A stretch of DNA of 47,348 nt from a virus (IMGVR_UViG_3300043171_000157:1-47348); one strand, 5' to 3'; positions 1 to 7,827 are shown, numbered from the stretch's first letter. The notes: a model not told the origin generated them from the sequence alone. Translations and numbers: made by a program.

Positions 1-232
1 CGGTGAAGTAAGGTATTCTACCGGCTACGTTGTCAACTAAAATTTCCAAAAATCCAGCATCTTCACAAACTAATTCTTGTGCAGTTGTTGCATTATCTGT
101 ATACTTAGTCCAAGTAGCGTCTCCAGAAGGAGCTGTAAATAGATCTGAATCTACTTCATATAGCTCCAAAACATAACTACGATCTCCAGCCCCGCCAATT
201 CGAGGGTATATTGTTGAATCTGAGAAAGCCAT
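1..232 (-). CDS. Hypothetical ~79-aa protein spanning the contig junction (stop TAG at 47216-47214)
   Basis: Manual translation MAFSDSTIYPRIGGAGDRSYVLELYEV...GRIPYFTAT*. It directly follows the 236-463 gene and is missing from the ORF track because it wraps. Confidence 0.75.
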   Translation of the reverse strand, partial: MAFSDSTIYPRIGGAGDRSYVLELYEVDSDLFTAPSGDATWTKYTDNATTAQELVCEDAGFLEILVDNVAGRIPYFT

Positions 233-235
233 AAT

Positions 236-463
236 TTATTCCTTTTCTTTTAGGGCTTCAATCACGGGTTTGCCTTTGGGCACTATACATGTTTCTATTT
301 TTCCAGTATAGGACTTACTAACAATGAGCATCGCTCCACAGTTCGGGCACGGAATTTTTATTTCATTTTCAGAAATCTCCGCTAAGAACCTAGAGCATCT
401 GACCTTCCCTTTGTTTTTTCTATCTACAATATTGGAACACCTAATTTCAGCTTTATCTTTCAT
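236..463 (-). CDS. Com-like zinc-ribbon regulator
   Basis: IRC...RCSRFLAE...IKIPCPNCG pattern resembles the Mu Com family. First gene after a promoter. Confidence 0.6.
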   Translation of the reverse strand: MKDKAEIRCSNIVDRKNKGKVRCSRFLAEISENEIKIPCPNCGAMLIVSKSYTGKIETCIVPKGKPVIEALKEKE

Positions 464-496
464 ATTTACCTTTTCAATAGGTTTTCCCTATTATCT

Positions 497-525
497 AATA
501 TAACTAAAAAAACCATAAAAGTCAA
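497..525 (-). promoter_or_regulatory. Sigma70-type promoter for the head operon
   Basis: TTGACT-N17-TATATT on the minus strand. Confidence 0.8.
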
Positions 526-562
526 GTCTTTTTTTCAATATTGGCAAAATAATTGAAAATAG

Positions 563-838
563 TTACTTTTTCTTCTTTTTGTCAACAAATTTTTGAGCTC
601 TTTCACTAGATTTAATATATTCATCACGTATTTTGTCTAATCTATCGCTATGTTTGTCTTTTTTTCTAACCACCTTGTCTTCATTTATTAGTTTGCGCTG
701 AAACAGTCTTTCCTTTTCTATTTTATTATTAAGATCTCGTACAGAGGTCAACTTCTTTTTAATTTTTTCTTGACTGGTTTTTGTGACTGTGCGTTTTTTG
801 ATATCTTCTGCTGTTTGTTTTTTTGATTTTTTAGGCAT
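563..838 (-). CDS. Lys-rich basic hypothetical protein
   Basis: 91-aa ORF with AGGAG SD, downstream of terL. Confidence 0.7.
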   Translation of the reverse strand: MPKKSKKQTAEDIKKRTVTKTSQEKIKKKLTSVRDLNNKIEKERLFQRKLINEDKVVRKKDKHSDRLDKIRDEYIKSSERAQKFVDKKKKK

Positions 839-851
839 AATTAACTCCTTG

Positions 852-2366
852 TTATACTCGTTGCCATGATTGTGCTGATTTGTAGTCTATTCGACTTCCT
901 CGCCCTCCTAGTGGACTCATTCTCTCGGCTCTATCCGCTTGCTTCCTTGCTTCTTTAGAATACGGCTGTACTGGTTCTTTTGGCATTTTTAGGCGTTTTT
1001 GCTTTAAATACGCCAATCCATACTTAGATGCGTCAATACAGTCGTTGTTTGAGTCCTGTGGAACCGAATTTAACCCGTTCATTTTATATCTCCACGTCTT
1101 TAATTCCTCTATTAAGGCAATACATCTTGGGTGTATTGTTATTGAACACTCTAGGAATCGGTCTCTATATACCTCAAGAGAGCCTTTTTCATCGTGTTTC
1201 TTGGCCGCCTTCCAATCCTTTAACCCGTATTTAGCAAATACCTTAGCAACAGAGTCAACTCCGCGCTTCTTGAATATATCATTATCCGCTATCCAAGCCC
1301 GAATAGGCTTCTTTATACTAGTGGCTTTTCTTCTAATAGCAGGCGCAATTACCCTAACGGGGGTATCATGGCCAAACGGCCCGAAATATTCCTCATCATA
1401 GAAGTATACATGGTCAGCTATTGGGTCATACGCCATAAACATCGCTGCAGCAGGGTGTTGGGTTCCGTGATCATAGCAGACGTAGTATTCCCAGCTATAA
1501 TCAAGGTCAAACCTGTGAACATGGCGTTTTTCACTAAAATCCCGCATAACGAGACCTTCCTTTACATAAAAGAAGTCATCCATGTCTCTCGGTTCTTGCA
1601 AATATACGTCATCCCCAAGTATTTCCTGTTGTTCTTTGTACCATTGCGCGTCTCTACCCGGTTCATCCATGCACCCAATAAAGAAATACTTGAAAATACC
1701 TTCGTTATTGGTGTTATATGCGTCTCTTACTAATTCATTATAGTGTGTACCCGGTACAGATGTGCCAATAATCATCATCCAAGCCTTTGGTCTTCTATTC
1801 ATGGCCGGTATTGAGTTTCTTAATACTGACTTAAAGTGAGATTTCTCTACTGTAGCGCCACGAGTTTCATCTATACCGCCAGCTTCATCAAATATAAGGA
1901 AATCACCGGTTATACCCGCTGCACCAACCTTAGATGCTGGGAGAATACGTAATTTTGAGCCATTATCGAGTCTTATTTCTCTTTCAGTGTTTTTTATTAT
2001 CTTGGGCACTGGGAACTTGGAATTAGCCAATAACCACTCATATTTGGGTAGAAAACGGTCATTCTTGTAATCCGTCGCCTTATCTTCATTAACCGAGATA
2101 ACCACTCCGCGTGCATTCTTCTTTAATAGCATTGTGAGGATAGCTCTTTCTGCTGAAATCTCAGAAAACCCTTTTTGACGGGATTTGGGTGTTAATACGT
2201 ATCTATTGGCTTCTAGAAAGTCACATAACTCTCTTTGCTTTGGCCATAGGTTGAACTCAGTACGCTCTCCTGACTCAGCGTGCTCTATAGACCCGAACAT
2301 ACATATAAACTCTGTCAGAGACAGTGTAGATAGGTAATCCTGTACGCTTGGGGCCTCTTTGCTCAT
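852..2366 (-). CDS. terL: Terminase large subunit
   Basis: LWPKQ adenine-binding motif, Walker A KSRQKGFSE, Walker B LIFDEAG, coupling motif GTS, nuclease motifs YDHG..HP and DCIDASKY. Confidence 0.95.
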   Translation of the reverse strand: MSKEAPSVQDYLSTLSLTEFICMFGSIEHAESGERTEFNLWPKQRELCDFLEANRYVLTPKSRQKGFSEISAERAILTMLLKKNARGVVISVNEDKATDYKNDRFLPKYEWLLANSKFPVPKIIKNTEREIRLDNGSKLRILPASKVGAAGITGDFLIFDEAGGIDETRGATVEKSHFKSVLRNSIPAMNRRPKAWMMIIGTSVPGTHYNELVRDAYNTNNEGIFKYFFIGCMDEPGRDAQWYKEQQEILGDDVYLQEPRDMDDFFYVKEGLVMRDFSEKRHVHRFDLDYSWEYYVCYDHGTQHPAAAMFMAYDPIADHVYFYDEEYFGPFGHDTPVRVIAPAIRRKATSIKKPIRAWIADNDIFKKRGVDSVAKVFAKYGLKDWKAAKKHDEKGSLEVYRDRFLECSITIHPRCIALIEELKTWRYKMNGLNSVPQDSNNDCIDASKYGLAYLKQKRLKMPKEPVQPYSKEARKQADRAERMSPLGGRGSRIDYKSAQSWQRV

Positions 2367-2503
2367 TTTAGATATATCTTTACTGGTTTGCTTTTATTAA
2401 TTTCTTTTTCTAGGTCGCACTTAGAACACTTCTTTTCGGCTCTTTTAGCCGTATTCTTAGTAAGTTCCCATTTATGCATACATAATACTTGTTTAAAACT
2501 CAT
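2363..2503 (-). CDS. 46-aa CxHxW...CxxC mini-protein
   Basis: Manual translation MSFKQVLCMHKW...KKCSKCD. ATGA overlaps with both neighbours. Confidence 0.65.
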   Translation of the reverse strand: MSFKQVLCMHKWELTKNTAKRAEKKCSKCDLEKEINKSKPVKIYLK

Positions 2504-2628
2504 GTTAAATCCTTTCTGCAATCACATTCATAGTCTATCATTCTCCAAGGGGCGAGCGATACAGCTTGCCCACAGTTGTCACACTTATAGAACATTGTTG
2601 CTGGTTTAGTTTTTTTAGGTGCAATCAT
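2500..2628 (-). CDS. 42-aa zinc-ribbon mini-protein
   Basis: MIAPKK...YKCDNCG...ECDC. GGAGG SD and ATGA coupling. Confidence 0.65.
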   Translation of the reverse strand: MIAPKKTKPATMFYKCDNCGQAVSLAPWRMIDYECDCRKDLT

Positions 2629-2786
2629 CCTCTCCTACCTTTCTCTTCCGCAATAAACGCTTCGACGTATTCTTTTGTTACATCTTCCTTATGGTCGCAT
2701 TTATTACAATAAACCCTATAATTGCCTGTTCGCACCATATAATCAGCAACTTCTTCACAAACGTATAAATCATGCTCACACTCCAT
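2625..2786 (-). CDS. CxH...CxxC mini-protein
   Basis: MECEHDL...YCNKCDH. GGAGG SD precedes the internal ATG. Confidence 0.65.
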   Translation of the reverse strand: MECEHDLYVCEEVADYMVRTGNYRVYCNKCDHKEDVTKEYVEAFIAEEKGRRG

Positions 2787-3045
2787 CTTGTTCCTCCGTT
2801 TGCTTATAGTACACCTCAAATAGCTTGGCTCTAATTATGGCCACACACTGTGCGAGGGCCTCATATGACGGCTCTTCCTCTTGTGGTATATTTATACCAT
2901 GAGTTAGTGTTTTTTGACTATCAGACGCGTCAATGTCTAAATGTAGACCAAGATCATATAACCCTGGTTTTGGGTGATATATTAGTCTCAGTCTTGGCTC
3001 GTCGTCTATTAACTTCTGTAATCTAGCTTTCATCTTTATCCTCAA
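2776..3045 (-). CDS. Hypothetical protein
   Basis: 89-aa ORF in a tightly packed operon. Confidence 0.6.
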   Translation of the reverse strand: MRIKMKARLQKLIDDEPRLRLIYHPKPGLYDLGLHLDIDASDSQKTLTHGINIPQEEEPSYEALAQCVAIIRAKLFEVYYKQTEEQDGV

Positions 3046-3355
3046 CCTTATAATCAGTGTATTCCATAGCGATTTGCTTGCGCTTCCACTCTAAATAATC
3101 ATGGAAATCGGCAGGCACCTTAGTGGTTGTCTCAATCTCTTGCTTTGTCACATTAGGTAAAGCCTTATTTATCATGGTCTTATATATGGTATCCCACGCG
3201 ATCTTCATCTTGACAGGGTCGTCAGACTCTTTATTATCCTTAAAGAAATCCATAGCCGCCTCGAAGAGGAACGGCGATTCTGCCTTTAGTAGCTCGGCAG
3301 TCTGTTTTCTGCGCTCTGCGGGGGTATCCCCCTCAAACGTTAGCAATCCAGCCAT
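3023..3355 (-). CDS. Hypothetical helical protein, candidate terminase small subunit
   Basis: Size and position upstream of terL only; no diagnostic motif. Confidence 0.35.
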   Translation of the reverse strand: MAGLLTFEGDTPAERRKQTAELLKAESPFLFEAAMDFFKDNKESDDPVKMKIAWDTIYKTMINKALPNVTKQEIETTTKVPADFHDYLEWKRKQIAMEYTDYKVEDKDES

Positions 3356-3385
3356 TCTTCTACCCCAAATTTGCATTCATTCCAT

Positions 3386-3580
3386 CTATGCTTCAAAATC
3401 TCCTCCTATTATCTTTTTGCCGTTTTGGGTAGCGTACCACTCTTTATGGTCATAATGGACAATTATACCTAAATGGCTTAATGTTTCGGCAATAGCACCC
3501 ATAACATTCTCTTTTTCTCGTTTAATTAACCATTTCCGTATCTCTGGAACTGGAGAATCTATGGTATTTAGTGATTTCAT
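3386..3580 (-). CDS. Hypothetical protein
   Basis: ORF abuts the upstream gene. Confidence 0.6.
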   Translation of the reverse strand: MKSLNTIDSPVPEIRKWLIKREKENVMGAIAETLSHLGIIVHYDHKEWYATQNGKKIIGGDFEA

Positions 3581-4003
3581 CTATGCTTCGCCTTTCTTAC
3601 TGTTTACTTCTTTAGCGAGTGCGATATAAGCGTTTCTCCAATTAGTATCCGATTCGCTAACCGTATCTATTACATCAAGTAATGTGTTCGGATCAGTATG
3701 TTCGTTGAGCGGAATATCGTTCCATTTTCCAGAATCTCTCTTTGACTCGGTTTCGACATTAGCATCTCCAGAAAGAATTATATCCATACATCGTTTATAC
3801 GATGTAATTATAATATCTTCTACGTCTTCAATACTCATACCGTCTTTATATTCCATCGCGTGAGCTACGTCTTGAAAGCCATCTACGTGGATTTTTGTCT
3901 TCAAGGCTGTTACTGAGTTGTAATCCACAAGTTCTTGTGTAACCTTGCAATCCAGTAATTCCTGAAGTTTGCATATTCTGTCTCTAAATTTTTGATTTAA
4001 CAT
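3581..4003 (-). CDS. Hypothetical protein
   Basis: 140-aa ORF with GAGG SD and TAATG coupling. Confidence 0.7.
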   Translation of the reverse strand: MLNQKFRDRICKLQELLDCKVTQELVDYNSVTALKTKIHVDGFQDVAHAMEYKDGMSIEDVEDIIITSYKRCMDIILSGDANVETESKRDSGKWNDIPLNEHTDPNTLLDVIDTVSESDTNWRNAYIALAKEVNSKKGEA

Positions 4004-4269
4004 TAGATTACCTCGAAATTTTTAATGAAGTAATCTGGGGCGATATACCACTGATCTTCGTGATTGTCAGGATTTCTGGCTATTCCGCCGAAATTCTCTG
4101 GATCTACTTGAAACGGGTTTCCTTTTTCATGCTCTAATACATTAAAACTATCGATTAATATTTTATCTGCACTGGAAACAGATACACCGGTGAGATCCTC
4201 TCCGGGTATATACGGTCTTATTGATGTTATTTCAGTACGTCTGTACTCTTGGTATTCTCTAACAAACAT
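4003..4269 (-). CDS. Phage hypothetical protein
   Basis: GGAGG SD, first gene after a promoter. RPYIPGEDL...ARNPDNHEDQWYIA motif is familiar from phage proteins. Confidence 0.75.
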   Translation of the reverse strand: MFVREYQEYRRTEITSIRPYIPGEDLTGVSVSSADKILIDSFNVLEHEKGNPFQVDPENFGGIARNPDNHEDQWYIAPDYFIKNFEVI

Positions 4270-4336
4270 ATGGTTTTCCTCCCATTATAATAATAACTAC
4301 TAGTTATTATAAGGGGGCTCTTAAAGCCCCTGTTAT

Positions 4337-4365
4337 AATATAGCTCTTTTTTAGTCATTTGTCAA
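4337..4365 (-). promoter_or_regulatory. Sigma70-type promoter for the terminase operon
   Basis: TTGACA-N17-TATATT, divergent from the tRNA promoter. Confidence 0.85.
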
Positions 4366-4422
4366 GTCTTTTTTTCATAAATCGACTAAATTGCGAAAAT
4401 AGTTTAAAATTGAAGAAAGTAC

Positions 4423-4451
4423 TTGACTTTTAGGGTAAAATGTGTTATATT
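4423..4451 (+). promoter_or_regulatory. Sigma70-type promoter of the tRNA/ncRNA cluster
   Basis: TTGACT-N17-TATATT. Confidence 0.85.
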
Positions 4452-4456
4452 ATATA

Positions 4457-4530
4457 GGCGGGATAATTCAATTGGCAGAAGTGGAGGTTCATATCCTCCT
4501 AGTTTACCGGTTCAAGTCCGGTTCCCGCTA
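4457..4530 (+). tRNA. tRNA with CAT anticodon (Met or Ile2)
   Basis: Acceptor GGCGGGA/TCCCGCT, anticodon arm GGAGG-TTCATAT-CCTCC, T arm ACCGG-TTCAAGT-CCGGT. Confidence 0.9.
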
Positions 4531-4537
4531 TTTACGA

Positions 4538-4610
4538 CGGGGTATAGCTCAACTGGCAGAGCATCGCACTTTGAATGCGAAGGTTCTTAGTTCAAGTCTA
4601 AGTGCCCCCA
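4538..4610 (+). tRNA. tRNA-Gln(TTG)
   Basis: TCGCA-CTTTGAA-TGCGA anticodon arm, TAGCTCAACTGGCAGAGC D arm, TTCAAGT T loop, 1:72 mismatch. Confidence 0.92.
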
Positions 4611-4615
4611 TACGT

Positions 4616-4688
4616 GCGAGTTGTGGTGCAAGTGGCAGCATACGGGCCTGTGAAGCCTGAGATCTGGTATCAGTTGCCAGCAACCCGA
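4616..4688 (+). tRNA. tRNA-His(GTG) with atypical T loop
   Basis: CGGGC-CTGTGAA-GCCTG, G-1 present, T arm CTGGT-ATCAGTT-GCCAG. Confidence 0.7.
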
Positions 4689-4702
4689 TTAAAGAAGAAA
4701 AC

Positions 4703-5023
4703 TGACGGTGTAGGGTTACAGTAGACCTACTAACTTGTATGAGTCAAGCACTGCCGGCAATTAAAGCTCCTTACGCACTGGAAAGCCTAAAAAGCGGATC
4801 TGGATTTAAGCGCAAAACAGTCTATGGCTGGGGAGTGGGTCAAATTCGTAGACCGTAAGAATATACCTCCGATGCAACAGATGGGGGCTGGCAGAAGAGG
4901 CTTAAGGGTGGAGCAGTCGTCGATACAGGCCATCCGATATCTGATTAGCGATAGCTGTCTCCTGTAGGCTCTCACCTCCTCCTACCGACCCCTACAGGGG
5001 CTCTATCTGCTTTATTACCGTTA
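4703..5023 (+). ncRNA. Unclassified ~320-nt structured RNA
   Basis: GC-rich segment between tRNAs with no plus-strand ORF. The 5' and 3' ends pair, and at least six nested helices containing G.U pairs can be drawn. Confidence 0.75.
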
Positions 5024-5042
5024 CGATTTAAGCATGATACTC

Positions 5043-5114
5043 GCATAAGTAGTTCAATTGGCAGAATACCGGTCTCCAAAACCGATGATTAGGGTTCGAC
5101 TCCCTACTTGTGTG
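5043..5114 (+). tRNA. tRNA-Trp(CCA)
   Basis: GCATAAG/CTTGTGT acceptor, CGGT-CTCCAAA-ACCG anticodon arm, GGTTCGACTCC T arm. Confidence 0.9.
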
Positions 5115-5685
5115 CTTAATCAATAAAAAGGCCTAAGCTATCATTAGGAGCTTAAATTAAGGGAATATATGAATCACATTACAGCGTAACCAGAGTGTGA
5201 CTCTCGGAAGCATCTTCCAAGAATAATATATATCGAAAGCCAAAACAATGAAGAAGGGCAAATGATTATCCTAGAACTCAATCATAGGGTAGGGAATAAC
5301 TCCGTCCATCCAATTCTGAACAGCTCGAACTATCCATTATAGCTAATATAAGCCATATAAGTAACTGCTATGCGGTAGTAAAGTTTTAAGGGGTTACTCT
5401 AGGTATAGCTGGATACCCACGTTCACACCCATCCAACCCCACCCATCATAACCATGTGGGCTTGAGGGGTTCCGCATAACTCATTATAATTCATGTACTT
5501 AGTATGCATTCAGTGTATACATGTTTAGGTATTTGAGTAGTGTATACATAGTTTATACATTATATGCGGGGATTATGAGTGTACTAAGTTAAGTGCGGGG
5601 GTATATATCTAGACCTATTTGCTCTTTTTGATTCATTATAGCCTATCTTGAGCTTTAGTAGGTGCTTGACATTATTTAGAACACA

Positions 5686-5702
5686 TTGGCATGATACTTG
5701 CT
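5686..5702 (+). promoter_or_regulatory. Sigma54-type -24/-12 motif
   Basis: TTGGCATGATACTTGCT with exact GG-N10-GC spacing. Confidence 0.55.
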
Positions 5703-5782
5703 TCGCGCGCACATATAGTTATTAGTAGGTAGTTACAAGGCACAAGTAGACTAAAATAACATTAATAACACATTTATTCATT

Positions 5783-5827
5783 AAAGTAAAGAAATGATTA
5801 GGTTATCATGTTTAAAGAGTATAGTTT
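5783..5827 (+). promoter_or_regulatory. Early promoter, TAGG-type -35
   Basis: TAGGTT-N17-TAGTTT; a 20-bp block is shared with 7119-7138. Confidence 0.6.
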
Positions 5828-5863
5828 AAATAAGAGGGCGAACAACAACAAAGAGGTGACCCC

Positions 5864-6091
5864 ATGAAAGAGATAAATGAAAAGAAGGAAGCGAATCAGG
5901 TACAGCTTGCTAATCTTATCTACTCACTCTCACTTAATGTGAACGACTTAGATAGATACAGTAACACCGACTTCCTAGTACACGATACACAAGCAACAAT
6001 AAATCTACTAACTAGGAAGCTCAAAAGAGCACAAGGTAAAGTAGTTGAAGAAAGAATAAAAGCTCAATTTGTTAAACAAACACACGGTTGA
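5864..6091 (+). CDS. Early hypothetical protein
   Basis: GAGGTGA SD, 75 aa. Confidence 0.75.
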   Translation: MKEINEKKEANQVQLANLIYSLSLNVNDLDRYSNTDFLVHDTQATINLLTRKLKRAQGKVVEERIKAQFVKQTHG

Positions 6092-6102
6092 GTAATTTGA
6101 GG

Positions 6103-6216
6103 CACTTGTGTCTCTTTAGGTATTATAGGTAAATACATTTGGTAAGTAATCGACGGACGAAACTCTAAATGTAACCCTAGGGCAAAAGCCTATAGTATCT
6201 AAAAAAGCACAAGGTG
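6103..6216 (+). repeat. Conserved-stem hairpin element 1
   Basis: CTTGTGTCTCTTTAGGTATTATAGG...CCTATAGTATCTAAAAAAGCACAAG. Confidence 0.85.
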
Positions 6217-6653
6217 GACAAGATGAAACACTTCTACAATAGACAACAAGTAGCTATAATAGTTAAAATAGCTAAACTATGCGGAATAGACCCCGATGAT
6301 GTTGCTATGGTATGGGTTGAATCTGGTTATGCTAAAGTGTGGCACGATAAATATACAAGGGACTAAATAAACTAAAGAGGTGAGTATGTTAGAGGAATTT
6401 GAGTATAATGAGCTTATGACTGAGCTTGATGATTTTGAGGAGAATGAGGAATTAGAGTGTGAAACAGATAACGCTATTAACTCAAAATGCACAAAGAGGG
6501 CAATAATCGAAAATGAATAGTAGATATTATGAGCTTAAGGCTCTCTTAGAGCGTGAAAGAAGACGACTACACCCAAATGTCAAGATTATTGATGATTATG
6601 AATACAAGATCAAAATCATGCTTGCAAGGGGTGTATGGTTATAATTGAGACTA

Positions 6654-6753
6654 TTGAGTCTCTTTAGGTATTATAGTTAAGTCTCCTTAGTGGGAAGCTG
6701 ACAAGGCGTGTAATTAAGTGAGAGCACTGGCTATAGTATCTAAAAAGAATCAA
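6654..6753 (+). repeat. Conserved-stem hairpin element 2
   Basis: TTGAGTCTCTTTAGGTATTATAGTT...GGCTATAGTATCTAAAAAGAATCAA, 25-position stem. Confidence 0.85.
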
Positions 6754-6782
6754 CTATGTCAAAAAGCTAAAGGAGGTATAGT

Positions 6783-6983
6783 ATGTTAAAGAAGTTTAGC
6801 GGTGAATATGCTGTACAATGTATAGTTACTGGCATACCGTTATGTTCTGAATATAGCTATAGTGACGCTTTTAGAGGTTGTAGGGTGTTAAATATTCATA
6901 ACGCCAAACACGGCCACAAAGATAGATACTATGTTGTTAAATACGTCTCTATTGAAGCTATAGAGACTAGAGCAATGGTATGA
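6783..6983 (+). CDS. Early hypothetical protein
   Basis: AGGAGGT SD. Confidence 0.7.
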   Translation: MLKKFSGEYAVQCIVTGIPLCSEYSYSDAFRGCRVLNIHNAKHGHKDRYYVVKYVSIEAIETRAMV

Positions 6984-7118
6984 GTGTTATAATTTAATGG
7001 CTCAAAATGGGCTATATGAATGGTCTAATCATAGGGTTATTACTAATGTAACACTAGAACAAGCGGAAGCTATAGCCGATAAGTACAGGGCTATTCTTGG
7101 GTTACCATTAAATACTAA

Positions 7119-7163
7119 AAAGTAAAGAAATGATTAGGAATAACAACAAAAAGAATATACATT
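7119..7163 (+). promoter_or_regulatory. Early promoter, TAGG-type -35
   Basis: TAGGAA-N17-TACATT. Confidence 0.6.
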
Positions 7164-7309
7164 ATAAATAAGGGTAAGCAACAGGGCAAGCCCAAACAAC
7201 TAAAAGGTATAATATGTTTGAATTAATTGAAACAATCACTATAGCAATAACATTAAGTGCTATTTGTGGTGGTATCATCAAATTATTATTGCTTTTATGT
7301 AAATAGTAT

Positions 7310-7338
7310 TAGGAATTACCTTATAATTAATGTAGATT
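7310..7338 (+). promoter_or_regulatory. Early promoter, TAGG-type -35
   Basis: TAGGAA-N17-TAGATT. Confidence 0.55.
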
Positions 7339-7447
7339 ATATATAAGGCAGTAAGGAACAACAAACAGTGCGCACGAGCTTCAAAGATGTTTGTTAGGCT
7401 AGGTTAGAATCCTAGAGCTAAAATGCACTAAAACAGGTAGGTACATC

Positions 7448-7822
7448 ATGGCACAAGAAAAAGTGAGCCGTGTTGACTTGTCAAAGGCGATAGCAATATC
7501 AAAGCAGACTCTAAGTGACGATACCATAAGCGATAGCTTACGATCTCACATTAAAGAGCATTTGAGAAAGCTAATAATTGCTCAAGATAAAGCAACAGGC
7601 AAAACGGTAGAAATGGATCTAAAACCACAAAACCGTCCAAGAACTAAAATAACTAATGGCGCTTGCAAAGTTAAAAAGAAGCGAGTAATGGGTACAGGCT
7701 CTAAAAAAGCTCAAGTAACCCAAACTATAACCATTAAGAGAAAGAAAGGTAAAAAAGCTGAACTTCCTACACATACTAAAGAAGGTATGCGAATAGTAAG
7801 GGCGACTTTTAGCAAGAAATAA
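7448..7822 (+). CDS. Basic early hypothetical protein
   Basis: 124 aa, AGGTAGGT upstream. Confidence 0.75.
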   Translation: MAQEKVSRVDLSKAIAISKQTLSDDTISDSLRSHIKEHLRKLIIAQDKATGKTVEMDLKPQNRPRTKITNGACKVKKKRVMGTGSKKAQVTQTITIKRKKGKKAELPTHTKEGMRIVRATFSKK

Positions 7823-7827
7823 CTAGT

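Noticed and set aside
4442-4975. ORFs 4442-4660 (+) and 4787-4975 (-)
   Set aside because: They overlap tRNAs and the structured RNA and have no RBS or protein-like features.
4703-5023. tmRNA or group I/II intron
   Set aside because: No tRNA-like ends or tag frame, no recognisable P7 or domain V motif, and no interrupted gene.
6130-6175. Hammerhead ribozyme suggested by GACGAAAC
   Set aside because: No CTGAnGA core is present nearby.
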